Positions 12,024-23,677 of a stretch of 64,000 nucleotides of DNA are shown here, in pieces; position 1 is the stretch's first letter, and each line of letters begins with the position of its first letter. The translations under genes were made by a program, and so were the position numbers. The notes beneath the pieces were generated by a model. It saw only the letters and a program-made list of their open reading frames with translations, was not told the origin of the DNA and searched no databases. Source of the DNA: Balanoglossus misakiensis (lineage: Eukaryota > Animalia > Hemichordata); the NCBI GenBank assembly GCA_040954595.2, contig CM082596.2:1-64000 (forward strand), written 5' to 3'.

Positions 12024-12850
12024 ATGCATACATAGAGGACATTTCTGTACCCATACAATTCAAATTTATTAATTTTCCTGACCTTCACTATCAGGTTTTG
12101 GGAATGACAGGTAATTGAATTGAATTAAAATACAATACATAAACATATTTTCATCTGTGAACTTTTAACTGGTGAACAAATTGGAGCCCATTATTAAAAA
12201 GAGTTTCCCTGAGCCTGTTTATACCATTCCAGCCTAAGTATTAGTTGTTAGGGTAAGGGTTAGGGTAAGGGTTAAGGTTAGGGTTAGAGTTAGGGTTAGG
12301 GTTAGTGTTTGAGTGTGCTGGCTGAAATGGCACAAACAATTTCACAGATTGAATCAATTTGCTTTGACTGCAAAATTCACTGAACAAAGTTTGCTCTGTG
12401 CAAACTTGTGATTCTAAGAAATACTGTATCTATGGACATTTAGGCTACAGTTAGATAAGTAATACTGTGTCCTAATCTGAATCCTTCCTTATCATAACAT
12501 ATAACCAGTGGGCTCAAGGGAACATGTAAGGAAAGTCAATGTCATAGTCCCCACAGGATAAATAGATTAAACAGCAACATTCTCTGTTTTTTATCTTTTA
12601 GAGATTAATTTTGTTTGATACAGAATGATGAAGTTAAAAATCATTATATTTTAACACAGAAATCTAATGCAAGTATTCAATGTATACTTGACAACATTCA
12701 AAGCTCAAAAAGAGAGATTGTGACACTTTAATAGAAAACTGGACAGAAGACAATCTATAAGTTTTCTCTTCATTCTCATTATAAACTCCTAAAATGCTGA
12801 CTGACAATCTATGTCTTCTCTTTATCTGGCATTCAGACTTCATCTGCCAA
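12024..12850. repeat. Diverged direct repeat, copy A (paralog of 17056-18030)
   Basis: Colinear matches such as AATTTTCCTGACCTTCACT, TTGAATCAATTTG.TTTGACTGCA, ATGGACATTTAGGCTACAGTTA, CTGTGTCCTAATCTGAATCCTTC and GAAAACTGGACAGAA. Confidence 0.85.
12248..12305 (+). repeat. Degenerate interstitial (TTAGGG)n tract
   Basis: TTAGGG TAAGGG TTAGGG TAAGGG TTAAGG TTAGGG TTAGAG TTAGGG TTAGGG TTAG. Confidence 0.85.
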
Positions 12851-15800
12851 GATGCAAGTATTTCATTGGGTTGCTGGTAGACCAAGTCCTTGTCCATTTC
12901 TACCATCATCATCATTTGGAAAATCACCAGTCTTCACACTTCAGCTTGAGCTAAAAAAGAAACAGAAAAAATAGATTCGCGTTTAATGAATGAAGTGGGG
13001 ACACGTTTTATAGCATTGATTCATTCAGCTTAAGTTAAATTTGGATGTGTTCCAATACTACACACACTCTTAAAATATTGACTACAAACCTTTATATTTT
13101 CTTCATTTGAAAACCACATATGTTCATCTGCCATCATGCAAATAGTTTATGGGGTGATTGCAAGACCAAGTCCTTGTCCACTTCTAACAATGGCAACATT
13201 CAGATACACAACATCAGCCTGCACTCTTCGCCATATTCAAACAAAACAACAGAAAAATGTTATCCATGATTAATGAACAAATTGGCGAAAGATTGTATAA
13301 ATTGATTCAATTAGTTAAATTTAGATTTGTTCCAATACTATATACACTCTTAAAATGTTGACTGCAAACCTGTATGTTTTCTTTATTTGAAATCCAAATA
13401 TCTTCATCTGCCATCATGCAGAGTTTATTGGGTGAAAGCAAGACCTAGCCCTTGTCCACTGCTACCAATGGCAACATTCAGATACACAACATCAGCCTGC
13501 ACTCTTTGCCATATTCTAACAAAACAACAGAAACAAAATTATTCATGATCAATGAACAAAGTGGTGACATATTTTATAAAATTGATTCAATGAGTTAAGT
13601 TTGGATTTGTTTCAACACTATATACACTCTTAAAATGTTGACTGCAAACCTGTATGTGTTCTTTATTTGACATCCAAATATCTTCATCTGCCATCATGCA
13701 AGTAGTTTATTGGGTGACTGGAAGACCATGTCCATGTCCACTTCTACCAATGGAAACATTCAGATACACAACATCAGCCTGCACTCTTCGCCATATTCTA
13801 ACAAAACAACGGAAAAAAAAATATTCATGATCAATGAACAAAGTGGTGACATATTTTGTAAAATTGATTCAACGAGTTAAGTTTGGATTTGTTCAAACAC
13901 TATATATACTCTTAAAATGTTGACTGCAAACCTGTATGTGTTCTTTATTTCACATCCAAATATCTTCATCTGACATCATTCAAGTAGTTTATTGGGTGAC
14001 TGGGAAACCATGTCCTTGTCCACTTCTACCAATGGCAACATTCAGGTACACAACATCAGCCTGCACTCTTCGCCATATTCTAACAAAACAACAGAAAAAA
14101 AAATTATTCATGATCAATGAACAAAGTGGTGACATATTTTATAAAATTGATTCAATGAGTTAAGTTTGGATTTGTTCCAACACTGTATACACTCTTAAAA
14201 TGTTGACTGCAAACCTGTATGTTTTCTTTATTTGACATCCAAACATCTTCATCTGCCATAATGCAGAGTTTATTGAGTGAAAGCAAGACCAAGTCCTTGT
14301 CCACTTCTACCAATGGCAATATTCAGATACACAACATCAGCCTGCACTCTTCGCCATATTCTAACAAAAGAACAGAAAAATATTATCCATGATTAATGAA
14401 CAAATTGGCGAAAGATTGTATAAATTGATTCGATGAGTTAAATTTGGATTTGTTCCAATAATATATACACTCTTAAAATGTTGACTACAAACCTGTATGT
14501 TTTCTTTATTTGACATCCAAATATCTTCATCTGCCATCATGCAGGATGTTTATTGGCTGACTGCAAGACCAAGTCCTTGTCCAGTTCTACCGTTGGCACC
14601 ATTTAGAAATTAAACATCAGTCTTTATGCTTGACCTTGCTTCATCTCCCATCATGCAAGTACTTTATTGGCTGACTGGAAGACCATGTCCTTGTCCACTT
14701 CTACCATTGGCAACATTCAGATACACAACATCACCCTGAACTCTTCGCCATATTCTAACTAAACAACATAAAAAAAATTATTCATGATCAATGAACAAAG
14801 TGGTGACATATTTTATAAAATTGATTCAATGAGTTAAGTTTTGATTTGTTCCAACACTATATACACTCTTAAAATGTTGACTGCAAACCTGTATGTGTTC
14901 TTTATTTGACATCCAAATATCTTCACCTGCCATCATGCAAGTAGTTTATTGGGTGACTGGTAGACCATGTCCATGTCCACTTCTACCAATGGCAACATTC
15001 AGATACACAACATCAGCCTGCACTCTTTGCCATATTCTAACAAAACAACAGAAAAAAAATTATTCATGATCAATGAACAAAGTGGTGACATATTTTATAA
15101 AATTGATTCAATGAGTTGAGTTTGGATTTGTTCCAACACTATATACACTCTTAAAATGTTGACTGCAAACCTGTATGTTTTCTTTATTTGACATCCAAAT
15201 ATCTTCATCTGCCATCATGCAGAGTTTATTGAGTGAAAGCAAGACCAAGTCTTTGTCCACTTCTACCAATGGCAACATTCAGATACACAACATCAGCCTG
15301 CACTCTTCGCCATATGCTAACAAAAGAACAGAAAAATATTATACATGATTAATGAACAAATTGGCGAAAGATTGTATAAATTGATTCGATGAGTTAAATT
15401 TGGATTTGTTCCAATAATATATACACTCTTAAAATGTTGACTACAAACCTGTATGTTTTCTTTATTTGACATCCAAATATCTTCATCTGCCATCATGCAG
15501 GTTGTTTCTTGGCTGACTGCAAGACCAAGTCCTTGTCCACTTCTACCGTTGGCACCATTTAGAAATTAAACATCAGTCTTCATGCTTGACCTTGCTTCAT
15601 CTGCCATCATGCAAGTACTTTATTGGCTGACTGGAAGACCATGTCCTTGTCCACTTCTACCATTGGCAACATTCAGATACACAACATCACCCTGCACTCT
15701 TCGCCATATTCTAACAAAACAACAGAAAAAAAAATAGTCATGATCAATGAAGAAAGTGGTGACATATTTTATAAAATTGATTCAATGAGTTAAGCTTGGA

Positions 15801-16640
15801 TTTGTTCCAACACTATATACACTCTTAAAATGTTGACTGCAAACCTGTATGTGTTCTTTATTTGACATCCAAATATCTTCATCTGCCATCATGCAAGTCG
15901 TTTATTAGGTGACTGGAAGACCATGTCCATGTCCACTTCTACCAATGGCAACATTCAGATACACAACATCAGCCTGAACTCTTTGCCATATTCTAACAAA
16001 ACAACAGAAAAAAAATTATTCATGATCAATGAACAAAGTGGTGACATATTTTATAAAATTGATTCAATGAGTTGAGTTTGGATTTGTTCCAACACTATAT
16101 ACACTCTTAAAATGTTGACTGCAAACCTGTATGTTTTCTTTATTTGACATCCAAATATCTTCATCTGCCATCATGCAAGTAGTTTATTGGGTGACTGGGA
16201 AACCAAGTCCTTGTCCACTTCTACCAATGGCAACATTCAGATACACAACATCAGCCTGCACTCTTCGCCATATTCTAACAAAACAACGGAAAAAACATGA
16301 TTCATGATCAATGAAGAAAGTGGTGACATATTTTATAAAATTGATTCAATGTGTTAAGTTTGGATTTGTTCCAATACTATAAACACTCTTAAAATGTTGA
16401 CTGCAAACCTGTATGTTTTCTTTATTTGATATCCAAATATCTTCATCTGCCATCATACAAGTAGTTTATTGGGTGACTGGGAAACCAAGTCCTTGTCCAC
16501 TTCTACCGTTGTTGGCACCATTTAGAAATTAACATCAGTCTTCATGCTTGAACTTGCTTCATCTGCCATCATGCAAGTACTTTATTGGCTGACTGGAAGA
16601 CCAAGTCCTTGTCCACTTCTACTATTGGCATCATTTGGAA
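12830..16640. repeat. ~281-bp AT-rich tandem array (~13 units) with ~957-bp higher-order period
   Basis: TCTTCATCTGCCATCATGC recurs at 13401, 13681 and onward. An extra ~115-bp sub-unit appears every third unit (~14640, ~15595, ~16555). Confidence 0.93.
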
Positions 16641-16845
16641 TTTTGTCGTCATCCTTCCTGCGTAACTTAAAGCATTTATACTTCAATATTGTTAGTTTCT
16701 GTTATATTATAGCACACTAGTAAACAATTACCAACAAATTTGCTTAACTTATCTACCATCACAGTTGGAAAGCTTCTCAACTATTGTAGACATTGGAAGA
16801 ACTTCATGACAAGATAAAATTCGGACAAGGATACAATAGGAATTC

Positions 16846-17063
16846 ACATACACATACATTACATGCATACATACATGCATACATTACATACATTACATAC
16901 ATGCATACATTACATACATGCATACATGCATACATACATACATACATACATGCATACATGCATACATGCATACATACATACATACATACATACATACATA
17001 CATACATACATACATACATACATACATACATACATACATACATACATACATACATACATACAT
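16846..17063. repeat. (TACA)n microsatellite
   Basis: Direct reading. Confidence 0.97.
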
Positions 17064-18030
17064 AGAGAACAATTCTGTACCCTAAAATTTGAAATGAGTA
17101 ATTTTCCTGACCTTCACTTTCAGATTTTGGGAAATACGGCTAATTTAAATTGAATTAGAATACAATTCTTAATTTTATCTGTATACTTCTAACTGGCTCA
17201 TTATGAAAAATAGAAATAGTCACAAGAATACAAGTTTCTCATAGCCTGCTTATACCACTCCAGCCAAAGTATTAGTTGTTATAGTTAGTTAATGGTGTGT
17301 TAGTACGTTAATATTGAAGTTAGAAAAATGGCTGAAATGGCAAAAACAGTTTTCTAGATTGAATCAATTTGATTTGACTGCACAATTCACTAAACAAAAT
17401 TTCCTCAATGAATACATTTAATTTTTAGAATTACTGAATCATATGGACATTTAGGCTACAGTTAAATAAGCGTAGTTGAGTTAAATGGTTACAGACTTGT
17501 TCTCTCTGTAATATTGTTTTAACACACATTAAACGCACATGTTCATGTATGTATGTGTATGAGAATTCATACTGTGTCCTAATCTGAATCCTTCTTGTCA
17601 TGAAGTTTTCCCAACGGCTGCAACAATTGGGAAGCTCTTCAACTGTGATAGTAAACAAGTGTGCTAATTAACATAATTCATATTCTGCACAAGTAACCAG
17701 TGTGATCAAGGGAACGCATACGGAAAGTCAATGTCAATGCCATAATCTTCACTGGATCAACAGATTAAGGAGCAAAATTCACTCATTTTTGACCGTTTAG
17801 AGATTGATTTTGTATGACAGAAAATGATGGTTACAAATCAACATCAATTTTTAACACAAACATAATACGAGTAATCAATGTATACTTGATATCTTTGAAA
17901 GGGCAAAAAGTGATTTTGTCGCTTTAAGAGAAAACTGGACAGAACGCAATCCATTCATAAACTCTTAAAATGCTGACTAAAAACCTGTGTCTTCTCTTCA
18001 TTTGGCATCCAGATATCTTCATCTGCGATC
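17056..18030. repeat. Diverged direct repeat, copy B (paralog of 12024-12850)
   Basis: See copy A. Copy B has extra internal segments at ~17470-17570 and ~17600-17690. Confidence 0.85.
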
Positions 18031-18869
18031 ATGGACCCTACATGGTCTATGATAAAACACACTCAAATTGAATACGGATCTATAAAAACATGCCTTAGTA
18101 GAATTGAAGAGTGGAGTCCATTACTGCAATGCCATGGAAACCTAAATGCCTGAAGTCGCGAATAAACATGTGTGATTTACGTACATCGTGAAATGCAACA
18201 CACCAGCTCGGCTGTATTCATGCACACTCTTGCAAACAGACCAACACACGTACGCATTAAAATGGTTGCGGTTTCATGACTTTGATATACATTGCACAAT
18301 TTGTTTGAACATCAAGGTTTGCAGCCAAGAATCGTGCTTCTAATGCGACAAATCATCGTAGAATGGAAGTTTTACAGAGATAACGATGCAGTTAGTGAAA
18401 TATACGAACGCGAAAAATTAATTGTCGCGTAACAGTCTCCTCTTTTGATATCGCGAAAATTTACTGTCGCGAAAAAAATCCTGAGTGTTTACAGTATATA
18501 CGGCAAAATTCTGTGTTAAATAGTTGACCAAATTTAACTTATAACAAAAAAAGCATTATTGTACTTAAGGTACGTTGCGGGCATCCGAATATTAAACAGC
18601 ACCCTCTATCGGTTGGATATGTAGAACTATATGCAATATTATAGTATAAACAACATTTTGTGGGTTTACAGGAAAACGGGTGTGGGGACCCCCGTTTTGT
18701 AAATGCATGTTACAGAACCTCCCTTTTTGGTTACATATATCACTTGTAATTAAAATTTGGATATTATATGGCATCTTTGAACTACAAAATGATCTTTTTG
18801 AAAATAATTATGGTGACGAAATTGTGATTTTAGGAAGATGTTTTTTTCATGCAGCTTTTCATGAACATT

Positions 18870-19030
18870 TTGATAACAGATAGAAAGCACAGCGTAGATA
18901 AAAACGAAAGGATTTGCTTGTTGTATGACAGTAACGAAAACGAAGATGAACATCATTTCCTATTGTGTTGTACTTTGTTCCAGTCACAGACTAAAATATA
19001 TTCTTACGATGTATTTCAACCCACTGACTA
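18870..19030 (+). mobile_element. Decayed non-LTR retrotransposon (LINE) ORF2 C-terminal fragment
   Basis: TDRKHSVDKNERICLLYDSNENEDEHHFLLCC resembles the LINE C-terminal zinc-knuckle pattern TGR..ERxCxxC...EDExHFLxxC. Confidence 0.6.
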
Positions 19031-19538
19031 AAGGAAAGTTTTTTTCCTTACGAATTCAAACGATGGTACCTTTCTACAGTGTTCAGCAGCGTTGCTTTTT
19101 TCATGCTATCATGGGAGTGGGAAAAGACAGAAGATTTTCAATTATGAAATAAGTTAAGTATTCCCGTCAGTTTTAATTTTGAAAGAAATGTCACCATATA
19201 ATAGAACCCACAAGAATACAGAGTAATATAATGTGACACCTAATATTAATACGCAAATGATTAAACAGTTTCAACACTAACCAATTGCCGCGCTGGTCGG
19301 AAGAGTCAAATCCAGTTCTGCGCGATGTTTTGAAACCAAAAAACTAGCGAAGTTTCGAAATTGAAGGCGGATTTTGATACACGCAAACATGCAGTAATAA
19401 ACGGGCTAGAAAATGTGCGCAAACTCCGAAAAATCTCCCCTAACATCATTTATTGAACTTGCCCCCAGCATTCCAACTTCAATCAATATTACCGCAACAG
19501 CTTCTAGTTTTCTCTCGACTACATACCACTTGTTCTCC

Positions 19539-20236
19539 AACCAGACAAAAAAAAACTAACGAAAAGGCGATTTATTTGGTGCAAGTTTTGAAAACCGAAA
19601 GCACTTGGGCGTCCGCGCCACGTTGCAAGCGGAAAATCATGTCGCAACTTGGAACAATAGCGAGTACTCCGACTACTCTCTCTCAAAAGATTGGCTAAAA
19701 TTATTACGGAGTTCTTCACCTTCCCCAACTAGGGTCGAAAAGTCACAGCGGTAATTGTAGAAAATACCGGCTGCTTACCTGGTAGATACTACGTTTTTTA
19801 TCTTGGGTTGCGGGCTGTAGAGATTCCCGTAGCTTGTCAGGCAAAATCATGTAGGCTGTTGTTCTTTTGATAGTCCGGGTCGTTCTGCGCTATTTGCGTT
19901 TAAACCCGTGGATGAGCTAGTAGCACAGGTGCTAACCAGAAAATATAACGAATAGGCGATTTATTTGGTGCAAGTGTTGAAAACCGAAAGCACTTGGGCG
20001 TCCGCGCCACGTTGCAAGCGGAAAATCATGTCGCAACTTGGAACAATAGCGAGTACTCCGACTACTCTCTCTCGAAAAATTGGCTAAAATTATTACGGAA
20101 GTCTTCACCTTTCCCAACTAGGGTCGAAAAGTCACAGCGGTAATCGTAGAAAATACCGGCTGCTTACCTGGTAGATACTACGTTTTTTATCTTGGGTTGC
20201 GGGCTGTAGAGATTCCCGTAGCTTGTCAGGCAAAAA
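19539..20236. repeat. Direct duplication of a ~300-bp CpG-rich segment (19539-19847 and 19934-20236)
   Basis: Near-identical copies offset by ~389 bp. Each contains a minus-strand donor CCAG|GTAAGC (exon ends 19779 and 20168). Confidence 0.92.
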
Positions 20237-20296
20237 CCTCTTAGTTGTTCTGCACGCTGTTGCTCTTGTAAGACTCTACGTTGGCATTGTGGGCCC

Positions 20297-20310
20297 TTTA
20301 TAATTTGCAT
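20297..20310 (-). promoter_or_regulatory. Candidate octamer + TATA core promoter
   Basis: Minus strand reads ATGCAAAT-TATAAA-GGG, ~130 nt upstream of the consensus donor at 20168. Confidence 0.45.
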
Positions 20311-22531
20311 ATTAGTCCTCAACATCTGTTTCTGAATATAAAAACTGGAACACGTTTGGAGTGAGTTGCCACTCTACAACTCTGACCGTCTCTGAGGCTG
20401 TCCAGATGCAGTGGCCCCTTAAATAAGTCACGGTTTAGCGAGGGTCCACTGTTTTTTATCCCGGAGCCAAAGAGGTTTTTGCATAACACAAAGTCATATA
20501 ACAAATATGAAAATGCTTACAGACCCACAATGGAAATTCGGAAGGTAGAAAAGTTGGCTAAATGTGAACTATTTGAAACACTTAGGCCTACAGAGTGTTC
20601 AAAGCAAAGAGGAATGCTCCTTCACAGATCTTGCAAAAGGTAAAACTGATGACGTGGCACAAACTGTTTTTAAATGACCCCAACATGAATAATAAATCAA
20701 ACACACCTGATCAAAAAGGACAGTTCACTTTTCGTATGAAACAAAATGTACCAAAAATGGCCAAGAGAGAGCGACTTTGTCACATGTAGAATTTTGAAAA
20801 AATACATTTTCCCCAATATTGTTACCCCCCCCCCCAACTAAAAATGTACAATGGGAACACCATTTTCTCGTTTTTAAATTTAAAATTGATTGATAAACAA
20901 TAGTCACAAAAATGTGATTTTTTTTTCAATTTAAAGTAGACCCCCACCTTAAAACCTCATATCTGCACCATGAATCAAAGACAAGTGTAACCACATGAGT
21001 TGCAAATACAGCCCAGCCAAGAAATGGTATCAGGTGATAACCGATTTATTATATGCTCAATCCAAGGACTTCTCAAAAAAAAGAAGATAAAATAAAGAAC
21101 ATTTTAATTTTAAAACTGTCCAGTTGATGGCAAATACCATTTTGGGTATATTTTTACTTGGTGAAATAAGTATTGATAGACAAACGTTTAACATAAACAG
21201 AATTGCCCTACCCATGGATTCGGGTCAAATTTGCCCATATAACGATATAAGGCTTCATAGAAAAAGTCTGATAGTAAAAAGACATGTTTGAATGAACCGC
21301 TATTACTACACGGAAACTGTGACTTCACATTAACGAAACCAGACGCGATCTAGCGTGAATTGGAGATGTGAAGCCTGGTTGTCGTAAGCGTCGGCATATT
21401 TTGGTGATTGTGTGAACAACTTGGTGATGAAAATTGTTGATACACGTGTACATTAGCTAGATGCATGTCTGCACATTTGTAACACTTACTGCACAAGTGA
21501 CATCACATTGTATGACATCACTTTTACGTTGCACTATTTGTGTTTATGAAAATATATGGGTATGTACCCATAAAATTTATTATTTCATTTATTTTACAAC
21601 TGACCAAGTCACTCATGAGTTATTTTATTTTGACAAGTAAAGTATTATACAAACAAAAGTTAGGACTTTTATGCTACAAAGTAAATTGTCATTATCATCA
21701 ACTGGGCAGCCTTGACAAAATACTTTATTTCACTTTGGCATTGATATTCCACTTATATTATGAATTGGATTCATTCATGACTCGCTATGCTTCCATTGAA
21801 ATATAGCTGTATTAGCATAGCGGTTATGTAAAATTATGAGGATGTGAATAATAGTTTGTTGGAGGAAGACAAAAGTTCTAAATTCATAATGCTGACAATG
21901 AGCAAATTGAAGCATTGTGGAACAATGAGAAGAGTAGAAAGAACAAATCAAGTTTTACTCATTCTGAAGCACAACACATTGAAATGAAGTCATATTTTGA
22001 GAAGCATTGCCAATTTTGGCCATACAGATTGCCATGTGTCTCAGGTAATGTGTTGGGCAAGGTTAATTTTCATAATTCCTTGATTTATAATCTTCATAAC
22101 ATCTTCTTTGCAGATGAATAATTATTAGTATATCTTCAAATGTCACCAAAAGTTCCAGGCAAGTGTCATTTAAGACACACAAAAGTCCTTGTATAAATTA
22201 TCTTTGTCTATAAAATAAAGCACTGCTGTTGACTCGGCATTGGAGCTAAGTCTCAAACTCATTACTAATGCTCTATATGAACATTTCAAAGGCTATTGAA
22301 TTAAATAATACGTAAAAATCCACTCAACATTGCAGTAAATGATACACTTTATGAACTATGATATAGTTGTGTTAAACAAATTTGCATTATGCCAGCAAAG
22401 TAACTAGATCATTAATTTTACAAGCAATTTGTTATTGGATCAAGTATAATAACTGGTATTTCATATCCTTTTGACTACCTTAACCATGGAGGTTAATAAA
22501 AGATGGTTACCTACACAGTGCCATCCAACTC

Positions 22532-22624
22532 TAAACCCTTTCACCCCAGTTCCCTCTATAGAGGTCCAACTTTACCATAAGGAACAATGGGTTTGGACTG
22601 AACCATGCTGGTGCAAAGGGTTAA
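22532..22624. mobile_element. ~92-bp piggyBac-like MITE, in the probable Trio 3'UTR
   Basis: TAAACCCTTTCACC...GGTGCAAAGGGTTAA; same family as 50369-50461 and 50767-50858. Confidence 0.75.
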
Positions 22625-23611
22625 ACCAAATTTGGTATAGACCCGAAAATCAGTGTTATCAAAACAGCAATTTATCAGCAATAACTGTATAAACTGTAGT
22701 GGTCAACAGTTTCAGTGATTGATAAAATTCATCACAAATATCTATTTTCTAAAGTTATTGACCAATGGATATAATCCTCTACAAAATATGAAATTGCCTG
22801 CTGAAGACAAAATATTTACCAGAGACAATCCATTTTATTACTCACCAGAATGTTGCAATTTCATGAAAATATATATACAAACTCCTTTCTTGTTTCATGT
22901 GATTGTTACTGTTTCAAATGATTGCAGCTGAAATGCAGATGACTATGAAATCACATGTTGGCACCACCAGAAATGTATCATACACACACATATAGATATC
23001 AAAAGCAATCATAACTTTAAGAAGAAAAATGTCTCATGCACAGATATTGTTCTTCCCCTTCAATTTATATCTAAAATGGCAGCACAATGAAAAATTAAGG
23101 TGCACATAAAATGTACTGAAAAAAAAATCTCTTGAAGACAACACATAGTCAGTTCACAGATAAATACACAAAAATCTTTTGCTTGGCCACAACAAAACTT
23201 GAAAATTTCAAAATAAGGAAATAAACAACTGTTTGTACACACTGACATAGCCATTGCAGTCACACAGAAATCCTTCTGTCCCTGGAGCAATGTAGCAGTT
23301 GTTTGTGATCTGTGTTTCAATGTACATGTAACTGGGTTCAAATAAAGCAGTCTTGACCTGTATTCGGTTCTTTCCCATTGATTGATTTTCCCAGAAAGTC
23401 ATAACACCAACCAAATATAATGGCTGGAAAATACATATTGAAGCATAAGGAATCATGTAGTAAGCTTCCAGAGAATACATCCTTAATAAGGGCACTCTGC
23501 ATGTACATGGCAGCAACAAATGCAACATACATCTTGAAAATTCAACAAAATACAGAACTTGGTATCATTGACAGCTCTTGCGTTCTTCACATAGAGATAT
23601 TATAGTTAGCT

Positions 23612-23677
23612 TCATATTCTGGACTGCATTCCAATCAAATAGAATGATTTCATTGGGCTGATAGGACGGATGTCATT
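23612..23677 (-). CDS. TRIO: Trio/kalirin last coding exon ([21 protein letters not shown])
   Basis: TTTAG acceptor; matches the Trio/kalirin NDVRPI C-terminus; TGA at 23612-23614. Confidence 0.9.
   Translation of the reverse strand, partial: NDIRPISPMKSFYLIGMQSRI

Noticed and set aside
12248-12305. True telomere
   Set aside because: Short, degenerate, internal, and in the wrong orientation for a left chromosome end.
13370-16640. Selenoprotein, repeat-protein gene or snoRNA host in the 281-bp array
   Set aside because: An in-frame TGA aligns with Ser in a diverged unit, but exon lengths of 146/148 break frame. No C/D (RTGATGA..CTGA) or H/ACA pattern was seen in the introns.
16793-17153. 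HTYI/MYVC-repeat ORFs (also 32176-32481 and 61204-61503)
   Set aside because: Microsatellite translations.
12024-18030. LTR retrotransposon with ~0.9-kb LTRs
   Set aside because: No TG..CA ends, PBS, PPT, TSD or gag/pol remnants seen, and the copies are strongly diverged.
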